DNA from: Candidatus Sericytochromatia bacterium
GTDB lineage: Bacteria; Cyanobacteriota; Sericytochromatia; S15B-MN24; VGJW01
DNA length: 64,000 bases
NCBI GenBank assembly: GCA_035285595.1
Contig: JAYKGV010000061.1
Coordinates: forward strand, 6,874 to 70,873
Direction of reading: 5' to 3'
The notes beneath the pieces are model-generated. The model was not told where the DNA came from and did no database searches. It was given only the letters and a program-made list of their open reading frames with translations. Position 1 is the stretch's first letter; each line of letters opens with the position of its first letter. Shown in pieces: positions 56,601 to 64,000 of this stretch. Both the position numbers and the translations under genes were made by a program.

Positions 56601-57131
56601 GCCCATTTCCTCGAGCACCTCACGGCTGAGATGGGTCGGCGGCTCGGCCTGCCGGATGGTGATCTCGAGGCGCTTGCCCTGGCCTCCCGCTTTCATGACC
56701 TCGGCAAGGTGGCGGTGCCTCCGCAAGTTCTCCACAAGCCGGGTACCCTCACCCCCGAAGAACGGGCTGTCGTGGAGGTCCATCCGGAGGTGGGTGCACG
56801 CCTGCTGGCCCCCGTGGCCCGTCAGCCCGCTGCTGTCGCGGCCATCCGTCACCACCACGAGCGCTTCGACGGCACGGGATACCCCGCGGGTCTCGCAGGC
56901 GAGCAGATCCCCTTGCTGGCGAGAATCCTGGCCGTGGCCGAGGCCTGGGATGGCATGACGTCTCCCAAGGCTTGGCGACCCGCCTTGCCCCCCGACCTTG
57001 CCCTGGCCGACATGCGAACGTCGGGACATTTCGATCCGGCGCTCCTCGATGCCTTGGCGGGGATGCTCGACGCCGGGGCGCTGATCCGGCACGGACGTTT
57101 GCCGCTGACGGGGTCTGCCCCTGTCTGTTAG
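53688..57131 (+). CDS. Membrane sensor with GAF - GGDEF - GAF - HD-GYP domains (predicted bifunctional c-di-GMP cyclase/phosphodiesterase)
   Basis: N-terminal about 8 TM helices. Coiled-coil with L-x-R-T-N repeats. GGDEF with intact RYGGEEF and I-site RETD. C-terminal HD-GYP (HDLGK...HHERFDGTGYP). Confidence 0.8.
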   Translation: MAGDPVRGTGTPAPAPVVSGPWSRRYFVAVTSVGWLLAAGFLADLIWKGEALRALSEPLLLLFLALGLFSESFQISLPRGGRMSPSFAVFFSCLLEHGPFPTLLVIFAGGLGAALFQARPLAAGLFNTAQYVLATVGAHLVLTAGGHVPAAWQATSPGVFAVAALVFVGLNAVLVDGYFAIERRQSLWTLLWRDDRWEFIFTLLQAPIAIMVPWLLHTYAWQVSALVLVPFLASTILFLQVIRSRQIRRELAERNTSLAEAVEGLDRTNRQLARTNEDLDAANHQLARTISDLDGANRELRVLHGVASAISGSTDLAETLREIGAGIRQVFDPGACLLILGDKESGELAPVDLDGLTPAEGTLPEGWVLRVANLVQAREDVLLIEDLRESELGEGLPPGMHASLLAAPIRTDEGFAGLLCLLDPEPAAFSPREGELLATLAAHATFAIRKAQLYQATQLLAITDGLTGVYNRRYLQRQLESELRRASRLGHGTSVVLLDVDFFKAFNDSHGHLLGDQVLRSLAQVLRDSVRETDVVARYGGEEFAVILPETPLEAAMAVVARFRTRLRQHPFWGRSQTPVQVTVSIGLSHHVTSRTTADELLDRADQALYAAKHGGRDRVFGWDSEAESPLQMASPEAGSQPRQPIRQSAVLDRGRWASWLAEGVAPAAQRCSQAMRLCGAVGQMENTAEVLAGQARQLLLLRLEAGAAEAGDPEEAVAFYQALRAEAVGWLTAGISLTQAENVILVLLGAFQEHVRHGPFSPQDKLIVLSGLEWLSRQSMLALSLVWHESYQQANRDLLLLERMDRVTGGLDPWLEQALDVLREAFGGLPVLLMAREPDGMVLRARSGGDGVWRVPADVTWPEGLATADAAFTVSAPFGVGEEARGELMPQALVLPLRHEGQLLGAVLVGLREGRRVGSRERRLARTVAGRVASALGRALLEERRHEAYLSAIGELVGSLEAQDGYEQGHAHFLEHLTAEMGRRLGLPDGDLEALALASRFHDLGKVAVPPQVLHKPGTLTPEERAVVEVHPEVGARLLAPVARQPAAVAAIRHHHERFDGTGYPAGLAGEQIPLLARILAVAEAWDGMTSPKAWRPALPPDLALADMRTSGHFDPALLDALAGMLDAGALIRHGRLPLTGSAPVC

Positions 57132-57146
57132 GATAGGCGCCTGGAG

Positions 57147-58370
57147 GTGGCTTCCTTGCCCCGACTGACACCCTTGTTCCACGCGATCCCCTTTGTGGTC
57201 GCGACGGCGCTGCTGGCTGGTTGTTTTCGCGGGACCGACCCCACCGGTCCCGGGGCCGGTGGCGCCCCTACGCTACGCGCCTATGTGTCCACCGGGAGCT
57301 CCGATGAGGTGGCGGTGATCGACACGGTCCTGAGGCGACCCGCCACGGACCCGATCAAGGTGCCAGGCTTCCCTTCCAGGATGGTGGTGGCTCCTCCCGC
57401 TACGGCCAACGAGAAGAGCAGGGAGCTGCTTTTTGTCCTCTGCCGAAATACCAGCGGGTCGGTGGCCTTCGTCAACCGGCGTAGCAACAATGTTGAGGCG
57501 ACGGTCCAGGCTGGCATCAACCCCACGGATCTTGCCGTGACGTCAGATGGGGCCTATGTCTATGTGGTCAGTCCGGAGGAGCGGCGCTTGCGGCGCATCG
57601 ATGTCGAGAGCCGGCAGGTCGACAGGGAGGAAACCTTGCCCGAGGACTTCGAGCCGGTCTCCGTGGCTGTGCGCAACTTCCGGCAGGCAGCCCCGGACGC
57701 GAGGGGTCGTTATCCCCATGCGGTCCTGGTCTTGTCCCGCAAGCCTGTGCTCACGACGACCGGCGCGTCGGCGAGTGTCAAGGTGGCACGCATGGCGGTC
57801 TTCAACGTAGCTGGGACCAACGTGGCCCGAACGGGACAGTTGCTTGATGTCGGGCTAGGGCGGGACCCCCAGCAGCCCTCTCGTGTGATGGTGTGGGAAG
57901 ATGCCGCAGGGACGTCGGCCTTCGCTCACGTGGTCGACTTTTCCAACGGTCAGTGGATGTCGGTTAGAGATCTGTCGGCTTGGCAGCCTGGCAACCTGCC
58001 CGTCCAGCAGGAGACGGTCGTCATCCTTTCCGCAACGGGCGGCGTGGGCGGTATCGCTCTCGACTCCAATGGCTGGCAGTATCTCAGCTACCCTGCCGAG
58101 GGTGGCATCATGGCCATCCAGCCTCGAGGTCAGAGTGGCAACCTGACACGGTTCTCCCCGGTGGGAAGTTTCGTGCCCACGGCTCTGGCCGTCAACGGTG
58201 ACAACTCGGAGCTCTGGGCGGTCTCGCCGGGCAGAGGAAAGGTCGTGGCGTGGGATCTCGTGCCCACGGGAGGATTGGGTGCGAACTCCGGTTCCGTGCT
58301 CTTCAGTCTGCTTGCCGGTGCGGCGCCCGTGCCTGAGGATGTGGTGTTGGCGCCCGGCATCGGCCGCTAG
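57147..58370 (+). CDS. Lipoprotein with beta-propeller (YVTN-like) repeats
   Basis: Signal peptide with lipobox LLAGC. Repeated AYVYVVS / LAVNGDNSELWAVSPG-type beta-strand repeats. Confidence 0.5.
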   Translation: MASLPRLTPLFHAIPFVVATALLAGCFRGTDPTGPGAGGAPTLRAYVSTGSSDEVAVIDTVLRRPATDPIKVPGFPSRMVVAPPATANEKSRELLFVLCRNTSGSVAFVNRRSNNVEATVQAGINPTDLAVTSDGAYVYVVSPEERRLRRIDVESRQVDREETLPEDFEPVSVAVRNFRQAAPDARGRYPHAVLVLSRKPVLTTTGASASVKVARMAVFNVAGTNVARTGQLLDVGLGRDPQQPSRVMVWEDAAGTSAFAHVVDFSNGQWMSVRDLSAWQPGNLPVQQETVVILSATGGVGGIALDSNGWQYLSYPAEGGIMAIQPRGQSGNLTRFSPVGSFVPTALAVNGDNSELWAVSPGRGKVVAWDLVPTGGLGANSGSVLFSLLAGAAPVPEDVVLAPGIGR

Positions 58371-58378
58371 GAGGTTTC

Positions 58379-59695
58379 ATGACCCGTCGTGTCGGCATGG
58401 TCAGCCTTGGCTGTTCCAAGAACACCGTCGATTCCGAGAACATGCTGGGTTTGCTCACGGAAGCCGGTTATGAGGTGGTCGGGGACGAGAAGACGGCAGA
58501 TGTCGTCATCGTCAATACGTGTTCCTTCGTCGGTGATGCCACCAAGGAGTCGGTCCGGACCATTCTCGAACTGGGTCAGGAAGGCAAGAGACTGGTCGTC
58601 GCGGGCTGTCTCGCTCAGCGGCATCAGGCCGAGCTACTTGAGGAGATGCCTGAAATTTCCGCGGTCATAGGCACGGGCGATTTCGGGGGCATTGCCGACG
58701 TGGTCCGTCGGGTGGATGCGGGTGAGCGGTTGCAGGGGGTGACGCCCGTTCCCGATGCGAAGACGGTCCTTGTCGATCTGCCCCGCCGTCTGACGGGCCT
58801 GGGCCCCTCCGCTTACCTCAAGATCGCCGAGGGTTGCGATCACGTCTGCACCTTCTGCATCATCCCCCAGTTTCGCGGCAGGTACGTCTCTCGCGAAAAA
58901 CCCTCGATCCTGGCAGAAGCCCGACGCCTCGTGGATCAAGGTGTGCGTGAGATTGTTCTCATCGCCGAGGACACCACTCGTTATGGCCAGAAGGAGACGG
59001 GGCAGTTCCGTCTGCCGCAGCTTCTCGAGGATCTGAGTGCCATCGAGGGCCTGCAGTGGATTCGCATTCTCTATGCCTATCCGAACTACATGACCCACGC
59101 GCTCCTCGAGGCCATCCGTGATCTGCCCAAGGTCCTGCCCTATCTGGATGTGCCCTTGCAGCACACGCATCCGGAGATGCTTCGCGCCATGAAGCGCCCG
59201 CGGCACGAGCCTCCTGCCGAGCTGATAGCTCGCATGCGCTCCATCGTGCCAGACATCGTCCTTCGCACCACGTTCATCACGGGCTTTCCTGGAGAGACCG
59301 AGGAGCACGCAAGCCATGTCCTCGATTTCGTCGAACAGGCCCGACTCGATCACGTGGGTGCGTTCGCCTATTCACCGGAAAAGGGCACGCCGGGCGCCAC
59401 CATGAAGCCCGTCGTACCCAAGCGTGTGCGTGAGCAGAGGCGCAGAGGGATCATGGAAGTTCAGCAGAGGATCTCGCTGGCTCACCACGAGGCTCTGGTG
59501 GGCAAGACCCTCGACGTCCTGATCGAGGGTCTGGACGAGGCCCGTGGCCACTGGGTGGGCCGCTCCCATCGCGATGCCCCCGAGATCGATGGCCTGACCT
59601 TCGTGACTTCCGACCGTGAGCTGGAACTCGGTTCCATCGTGTCGGTCCGCGTGACGTCCGCTGCTCCCTACGATTTCCATGGCGTTGCCCTCTGA
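58379..59695 (+). CDS. rimO: Radical-SAM methylthiotransferase (RimO/MiaB family; RimO-like)
   Basis: N-terminal MTTase domain (VGMVSLGCSKNTVDSE), radical-SAM CDHVCTFC, C-terminal TRAM-like region. AGGAGG RBS. Confidence 0.75.
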   Translation: MTRRVGMVSLGCSKNTVDSENMLGLLTEAGYEVVGDEKTADVVIVNTCSFVGDATKESVRTILELGQEGKRLVVAGCLAQRHQAELLEEMPEISAVIGTGDFGGIADVVRRVDAGERLQGVTPVPDAKTVLVDLPRRLTGLGPSAYLKIAEGCDHVCTFCIIPQFRGRYVSREKPSILAEARRLVDQGVREIVLIAEDTTRYGQKETGQFRLPQLLEDLSAIEGLQWIRILYAYPNYMTHALLEAIRDLPKVLPYLDVPLQHTHPEMLRAMKRPRHEPPAELIARMRSIVPDIVLRTTFITGFPGETEEHASHVLDFVEQARLDHVGAFAYSPEKGTPGATMKPVVPKRVREQRRRGIMEVQQRISLAHHEALVGKTLDVLIEGLDEARGHWVGRSHRDAPEIDGLTFVTSDRELELGSIVSVRVTSAAPYDFHGVAL

Positions 59696-60278
59696 GTCCG
59701 GGTCGGTCGGACCTCTCCGTCGAGCGCCTTCTCCGCTGACGCTCGCCACGTGGGTTACGCTGTTCAGGTTCGTGTTGATTCCGCCCATCGTGTTTGCCAT
59801 GGGCTGGGCGCCCACCCAGACCGGACGATGGGAGTCCTGGGTGCCGCTCGGACTTTTCAGCCTGGCGGCCGCCTCGGATTGGATGGACGGTTTGCTCGCT
59901 CGAAAGATGGGACAGACCTCGGCCATGGGAGCCTGGCTCGATCCCTTGGCTGACAAGGTGCTCGTGGCGGCTTGCCTCGTGGCGTTTGTCGAGATGGGCC
60001 GTATCCCGGGCTGGAGCGTGAGTCTGGTGCTTGCCCGCGAGTTCGTCGCGACGGGACTGCGGATCGTCTTGGCCGACATGGGTCAGGGCATCCGTCCGGC
60101 CGCGTGGTCGGGGAAAGCCAAGGCGATTGCCCAGATGTGTTCTATCTCCGCCTTCCTTGTGCCGTGGCCCGGTCTTGACCCGTGGGCCCACGGTCTTTAC
60201 GCCATGGCGGTCCTGCTGACTGTTTGGTCGGGAGTCGCCATGATCTGGCAGACCCGTGCCATCTGGAGGAGTGCATGA
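59679..60278 (+). CDS. pgsA: CDP-diacylglycerol--glycerol-3-phosphate 3-phosphatidyltransferase
   Basis: CDP-alcohol phosphatidyltransferase motif DWMDGLLARKMGQTSAMGAWLDPLADK. Start overlaps the rimO end by 17 nt. Confidence 0.8.
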   Translation: MALPSESGSVGPLRRAPSPLTLATWVTLFRFVLIPPIVFAMGWAPTQTGRWESWVPLGLFSLAAASDWMDGLLARKMGQTSAMGAWLDPLADKVLVAACLVAFVEMGRIPGWSVSLVLAREFVATGLRIVLADMGQGIRPAAWSGKAKAIAQMCSISAFLVPWPGLDPWAHGLYAMAVLLTVWSGVAMIWQTRAIWRSA

Positions 60279-60925
60279 CCTTGTCGTCAGACCCCTTGGT
60301 TCATGAGCTGGACCACCCGCTGGTCCATACCGCCGTGGCCGAGTTGCGCGCGCGTGAAACCACCGTGCCGCGTTTCCGTCAAAGGGCGAGGGAGCTGGCG
60401 AAGTTCCTCATTCTGGAGGCGACTCGTGATTTGCCGACGACCGAGATCGAGGTCAGGACTCCGTTGGCTGTGGCGAAAGGCCGGACGATTGGCGATCTTC
60501 CCATCGTCATCGCACCCATCTTGCGCGCGGGCCTGGCTTTGGTCGAACCCGCGATGGAGCTGCTGCCCGAGGCCGAGGTTCGGCACATTGGTTTGTACCG
60601 TGACGAGGAAAGGCTTGAACCCGTCACGTACTACGCAAAGCTGCCTGACCAATTCCCCCCCGAGACTCTGGTGCTGGTGATCGACCCCATGCTGGCGACT
60701 GGTGGATCCGCATCTGCCACGATGGATCTGTTCCGTGACCGAGGAGTGACGCAGCTCAAGTTCCTCTGTCTGATCGCCAGTCCCGAAGGGGTGGCGCGCT
60801 TGCGTGCCGATCATCCCACGGTGCCCATCTACACCGTCTGCATTGATGAGGGTCTTGATCCTCGTGGCTATATCATGCCGGGCTTGGGCGATGCGGGAGA
60901 CCGGACGTTCGGCACCCACAGATGA
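60275..60925 (+). CDS. upp: Uracil phosphoribosyltransferase
   Basis: PRPP-binding motif VLVIDPMLATGGSA and UPRTase C-terminal IMPGLGDAGDR. ATG 60275 overlaps the pgsA stop; GGAGGAG RBS. Confidence 0.9.
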   Translation: MTLSSDPLVHELDHPLVHTAVAELRARETTVPRFRQRARELAKFLILEATRDLPTTEIEVRTPLAVAKGRTIGDLPIVIAPILRAGLALVEPAMELLPEAEVRHIGLYRDEERLEPVTYYAKLPDQFPPETLVLVIDPMLATGGSASATMDLFRDRGVTQLKFLCLIASPEGVARLRADHPTVPIYTVCIDEGLDPRGYIMPGLGDAGDRTFGTHR

Positions 60926-62169
60926 AGGTCGCTTTTCTTGCCGTCGGGGACGAGTTGCTGACCGGCCGACTTTCTGACCAGCACTTGCCCAGAGTGGGGC
61001 GCGACCTGGCTGCCCGGGGATACTTTCTGGTTCGTTCCGGCTTGGTGCCCGATCGCGAGGAGGACATCGTCCAGGCGCTGGATGAAGCCGCGGCGGCGGG
61101 ACATGAGGTGCTGTTGGTGACGGGGGGCCTCGGCCCGACTCCCGATGACGTGACCCGCCAGGCGATCGGCCGTTGGGCGGGTGTCCCATTGGATCGGGAT
61201 ATGGGGGCAGCCGAAGACATCCGCAAGCGTCTGCGGGCACGCGGCCGCGAGGCAACCGCGGTGGACTTGCTTCAGGCGATGGTGCCGCGGGGGGCCGAGT
61301 GTCTGTCCAATCCTGTGGGTACGGCCTGTGGTTTCCGTCTTGCCCTTTCCGGTCGTCCCGAACTCTGGGTCCTTCCCGGAGTACCTGGTGAGTTCCGACG
61401 GATGTGGCAAGAGCTGGTCCTGCCACGTCTGGCAGGTCCGGGCGGGGGGGCGGGAGCGCTGGCCGTCCTGAGGACTTCCGGGGCGGGGGAGCGCGAGATC
61501 GCCGACATGCTTGCCGAACTCGGATCTCGCACCGGTGTCCGTTTGGGGACCTATGCGGGAGAGGGTGAGGTGGAGGTTCATCTCGCTCTCAGGGATCCCG
61601 GAGGTCCCGAGGTCTCGCAACATCTGTCCCAGCTTGTCCTTGAGGCGACAGATTGCCTCGGGGATCTGCTCCATGGTCACGGGGAAGATACGCTCGCGGA
61701 TGCCGTGGCGCGGCGGCTGCTGGCGCGCGGCGAGAACCTCGCGACGGCAGAGAGTGTGACAGGCGGGCTGCTGGCCAGTTTGCTGACGGACGTTCCGGGT
61801 AGTTCTCGCTGGTTTCTCGGCGGTGCCGTGGCCTATTCCGTCGCCCACAAGGTCGATCAGCTTGGTCTTTCGGCTGAACTGGTCGCCCGGGAGGGCCATG
61901 TGAGTCCTGTCGTCAGCCTCGAGATGGCCAGAAGGACGAGAATCCTGCATCAGGCCACCTGGGGACTCGCCAGCACGGGCTGGGCCGGTCCGTCGGCCGG
62001 AAAACCCGGTGAGGTGCCTGGTCGGGTTCATCTCGCCTGGGTCGGCCCCGGGAACGTGACCCGAACCTGGACGCTGGACTTTCCCGGTAGCGATCGCTCT
62101 GTGGTGAAATTGCGTGCGGCCAAGGCCGCCTTGCGTGGATTGTGGCTGGCTCTGGGTGAGCAGGGATGA
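60922..62169 (+). CDS. cinA: Competence/damage-inducible protein CinA
   Basis: N-terminal MocF/MoaB-like fold and C-terminal CinA domain with AESVTGGLLAS. Confidence 0.85.
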   Translation: MKVAFLAVGDELLTGRLSDQHLPRVGRDLAARGYFLVRSGLVPDREEDIVQALDEAAAAGHEVLLVTGGLGPTPDDVTRQAIGRWAGVPLDRDMGAAEDIRKRLRARGREATAVDLLQAMVPRGAECLSNPVGTACGFRLALSGRPELWVLPGVPGEFRRMWQELVLPRLAGPGGGAGALAVLRTSGAGEREIADMLAELGSRTGVRLGTYAGEGEVEVHLALRDPGGPEVSQHLSQLVLEATDCLGDLLHGHGEDTLADAVARRLLARGENLATAESVTGGLLASLLTDVPGSSRWFLGGAVAYSVAHKVDQLGLSAELVAREGHVSPVVSLEMARRTRILHQATWGLASTGWAGPSAGKPGEVPGRVHLAWVGPGNVTRTWTLDFPGSDRSVVKLRAAKAALRGLWLALGEQG

Positions 62170-62825
62170 CAGGAGGCCGGCCTTGGCGTCCCAAGCCTGC
62201 CGAGCGTGCCCGCGTTGGCCGGATCTGGGAAACCCTTGCAGAGCTGTATCCCGACGCCCGGACTGAACTCGAGTATCGCAACGCCTTCGAGTTGCTCTGT
62301 GCGGTCATGCTCTCCGCCCAGTGTACGGATGTGCGTGTCAATCTCGTCACCCCCGGTCTTTTTGCACGATTTCCGGATGCGGATTCGCTGGCCCGTGCCG
62401 AGGTGGCCGAGGTGGCCGACCTCATCCGTTCGTGTGGTCTTTGGCCGGCCAAGTCGCGGAACCTCGTGGGGATGGCTCGCCAACTGCTCGAACGGCACGA
62501 CGGGGCGGTTCCTCGGCGTCGCGAGGATCTCGAGGCCCTTCCCGGGGTCGGTCGTAAGACCGCCAATGTGGTTCTGGCGCAAGCCTTTGACCAGCCTGCC
62601 CTGGCGGTAGATACCCATGTGTTTCGTGTGGCGCGCCGTCTGGGACTTTCGCGCGCCTCGGACGTGCGGGGGGTGGAGGAGGATCTAGGTCGTCGTCTCG
62701 CACCTGAGTGTTGGGCGGAGGGACACCATTGGTTGATTCTTCATGGACGGCGCGTCTGTATGTCGCGGCGACCGCGTTGTGCCATCTGTCCGCTGCGAGG
62801 GGACTGTCCGGGGGCGGAGGCGTGA
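62166..62825 (+). CDS. nth: Endonuclease III
   Basis: HhH-GPD region (LPGVGRKTANVVL) and [4Fe-4S] cluster motif CMSRRPRCAICPLRGDC. Confidence 0.9.
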   Translation: MTGGRPWRPKPAERARVGRIWETLAELYPDARTELEYRNAFELLCAVMLSAQCTDVRVNLVTPGLFARFPDADSLARAEVAEVADLIRSCGLWPAKSRNLVGMARQLLERHDGAVPRRREDLEALPGVGRKTANVVLAQAFDQPALAVDTHVFRVARRLGLSRASDVRGVEEDLGRRLAPECWAEGHHWLILHGRRVCMSRRPRCAICPLRGDCPGAEA

Positions 62826-63373
62826 GTCGGTCGCGCTGGTCCTGGGGGCTCGTCGGTCTGTTGCTGCAGGCCGCTGAGCCTGCTGAGGCACGGATCGGAC
62901 GGGATGTCGCACAGTTGGAGCGTTTCTTGAAGGGATTACCCCTTGCCTCGTTTCAGGACGTTCCAGGCATGGCCCCTGATCGGATGTGGGCTGGAAGGGT
63001 GGCGGGTCTGGTCGTGGCCGTAAGGGCACGGCCAGAATCGGGATTGCTTGAGGAAGAGGGCATCGAGGTCGAGTGGCCGGAGCGGGTCAAGGACCACGTC
63101 CCCCTGGGGATCATGGCGCGGTTGCTCACCGAGGCCACTGGGCTTCCCCACGGCGAAAGCATCAATTCCATGTTGCTGGGCATGCGGGATCGAATTCGTC
63201 ACGGGGGCGTGCGAGTGCCAGCCATCGAGCTGCGCGGAACGCGTATCGAGCTCGAGTTGCTGGAGGAACCGCCGGTATCGCTGGCCGATGGTCTCGAGAT
63301 TCATCCGGGAACCTTGTACTGGCGGGCCACGGTCCGAAAACTTTCGGTTCGCCCCCGTCGCCCCACGTCCTGA
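62822..63373 (+). CDS. Hypothetical secreted protein
   Basis: GTG start overlapping the nth stop. Signal-peptide-like N-terminus (SWGLVGLLLQAAEPAEA). No recognisable domain. Confidence 0.45.
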   Translation: MSRSRWSWGLVGLLLQAAEPAEARIGRDVAQLERFLKGLPLASFQDVPGMAPDRMWAGRVAGLVVAVRARPESGLLEEEGIEVEWPERVKDHVPLGIMARLLTEATGLPHGESINSMLLGMRDRIRHGGVRVPAIELRGTRIELELLEEPPVSLADGLEIHPGTLYWRATVRKLSVRPRRPTS

Positions 63374-63387
63374 AGGAGAGTGCCTCG

Positions 63388-63660
63388 ATGCCTGTCGTGA
63401 CCCGGATCCACCGCATGTCGCTTCCGGAGTTGGCGTACCAGCTTTCGTGCGCCCCTGCATTCTTCCGTATTCGGGAAGACTTTGCGGCAGGAGTCATCGA
63501 CGATCAAGAGGCACAGGCACGTTTGTTGGATTTCGTTCTCGCTGGGCGGGGCATGGTTCACGCCTATCAAGGGGAGGAGGAGTTGCGTTGGGCGCTGTCC
63601 GAGGCCGAGTCGGGCAAGCTCACGAGCATGTTGTATCTGGAGCACCTCAAGGGAACTTGA
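63388..63660 (+). CDS. Small hypothetical protein (90 aa)
   Basis: ATG with AAGGAGAG RBS 8-9 nt upstream. MPVVTRIHRMSLPELAYQL... Confidence 0.45.
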   Translation: MPVVTRIHRMSLPELAYQLSCAPAFFRIREDFAAGVIDDQEAQARLLDFVLAGRGMVHAYQGEEELRWALSEAESGKLTSMLYLEHLKGT

Positions 63661-63748
63661 GATGTCCGGGTAGGATAGGGGTGACGGAGCATACCGCCTG
63701 CATGCCGCCGCTTCCGCAAGATGGGGGAGTGACCATGGAGGTGGGGTG

Positions 63749-64000
63749 ATGGTGCAGCGTCGGTCGGTCGGAAGGCTTCCAGGCCTGGCGGTGGCAGGCT
63801 GGTTGACAGCAGGCACCGTGACGGCGTTAGCCTTGCCCGTTTCGGCGGAACCGCTGCGGCCCGTGCCAGGCTCCGGGGCGTCCGCCTCGCTTCCTGCATC
63901 GTCCTCCGAGTCGGTGAAGGCCGCCACGACACTCTCCGTGCCGGCCGCTGAGGCTACCGATACCGTGAGCAAGACAGATCCACTTGCTGAGGCGGTCAGC
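63749..64000 (+). CDS. Secreted hypothetical protein (partial, continues beyond window end)
   Basis: ATG with GGAGGTG 5 nt upstream. Signal peptide MVQRRSVGRLPGLAVAGWLTAGTVTALALPVSA|EP. No stop before the window end. Confidence 0.5.
   Translation, partial: MVQRRSVGRLPGLAVAGWLTAGTVTALALPVSAEPLRPVPGSGASASLPASSSESVKAATTLSVPAAEATDTVSKTDPLAEAVS

Noticed and set aside
1-64000. Searched by eye for tRNA T-loop and acceptor patterns, rRNA fragments, CRISPR repeats, IS inverted repeats and transposase or integrase ORFs.
   Set aside because: None found. Intergenic regions are short and contain no cloverleaf-compatible segments. No repeated spacer-repeat arrays. No recombinase-like ORFs.

Overview
Dense, high-GC (about 68-70%) bacterial chromosomal segment, about 90% coding. 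I found no rRNA, tRNA, CRISPR array, transposase or integrase. Many adjacent genes have overlapping stop/start codons (ATGA, GTGA, TTGA, TGATG), and GTG/TTG starts are frequent.

Most genes are housekeeping or cell-envelope functions: TetR regulator (partial), malQ, murI, holB, PSP1/RicT, BtpA, tgt, ctaA, hisC, PNP, PBP1A, coaD, typA, rimO, pgsA, upp, cinA, nth, FKBP, an S8 protease, and an SLH-domain envelope protein. There are also many lipoproteins and secreted hypothetical proteins.

Family assignments are by motif recognition from the translated ORFs only. No database search was run.

The most system-like signals are:
- A five-gene translationally coupled operon at 23481-30226: UbiA-like membrane protein, PEP-utilising (PpsA/RPH-like) enzyme, GNAT-fold protein, adenylate-forming ligase, SRPBCC protein. 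A convergent hotdog thioesterase follows. A BtaA-like DUF3419 SAM-dependent transferase, a DAGK-type lipid kinase and an MFS pump lie next to it. Together this looks like an uncharacterised lipid or acyl-metabolite module.
- A two-gene unit at 32028-34576: a soluble PRC-barrel/MgtE_N/CBS protein coupled to an Nramp-family transporter with a non-canonical metal site (DAGG/TPW). This is consistent with an NRMT-like Mg2+ system with a trans-encoded sensor.
- A 1147-aa membrane protein carrying both intact GGDEF and HD-GYP domains.

Other oddities include an approximately 110-bp AT-rich patch kept in frame inside a GC-rich ORF, and a lower-GC ATP-grasp gene with a Lys-rich tail. There is also a roughly 490-bp region without a convincing ORF upstream of hisC.

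The source organism looks like a high-GC diderm with SLH-anchored envelope proteins (Deinococcus-Thermus-like or another Terrabacteria lineage). This is inference only.
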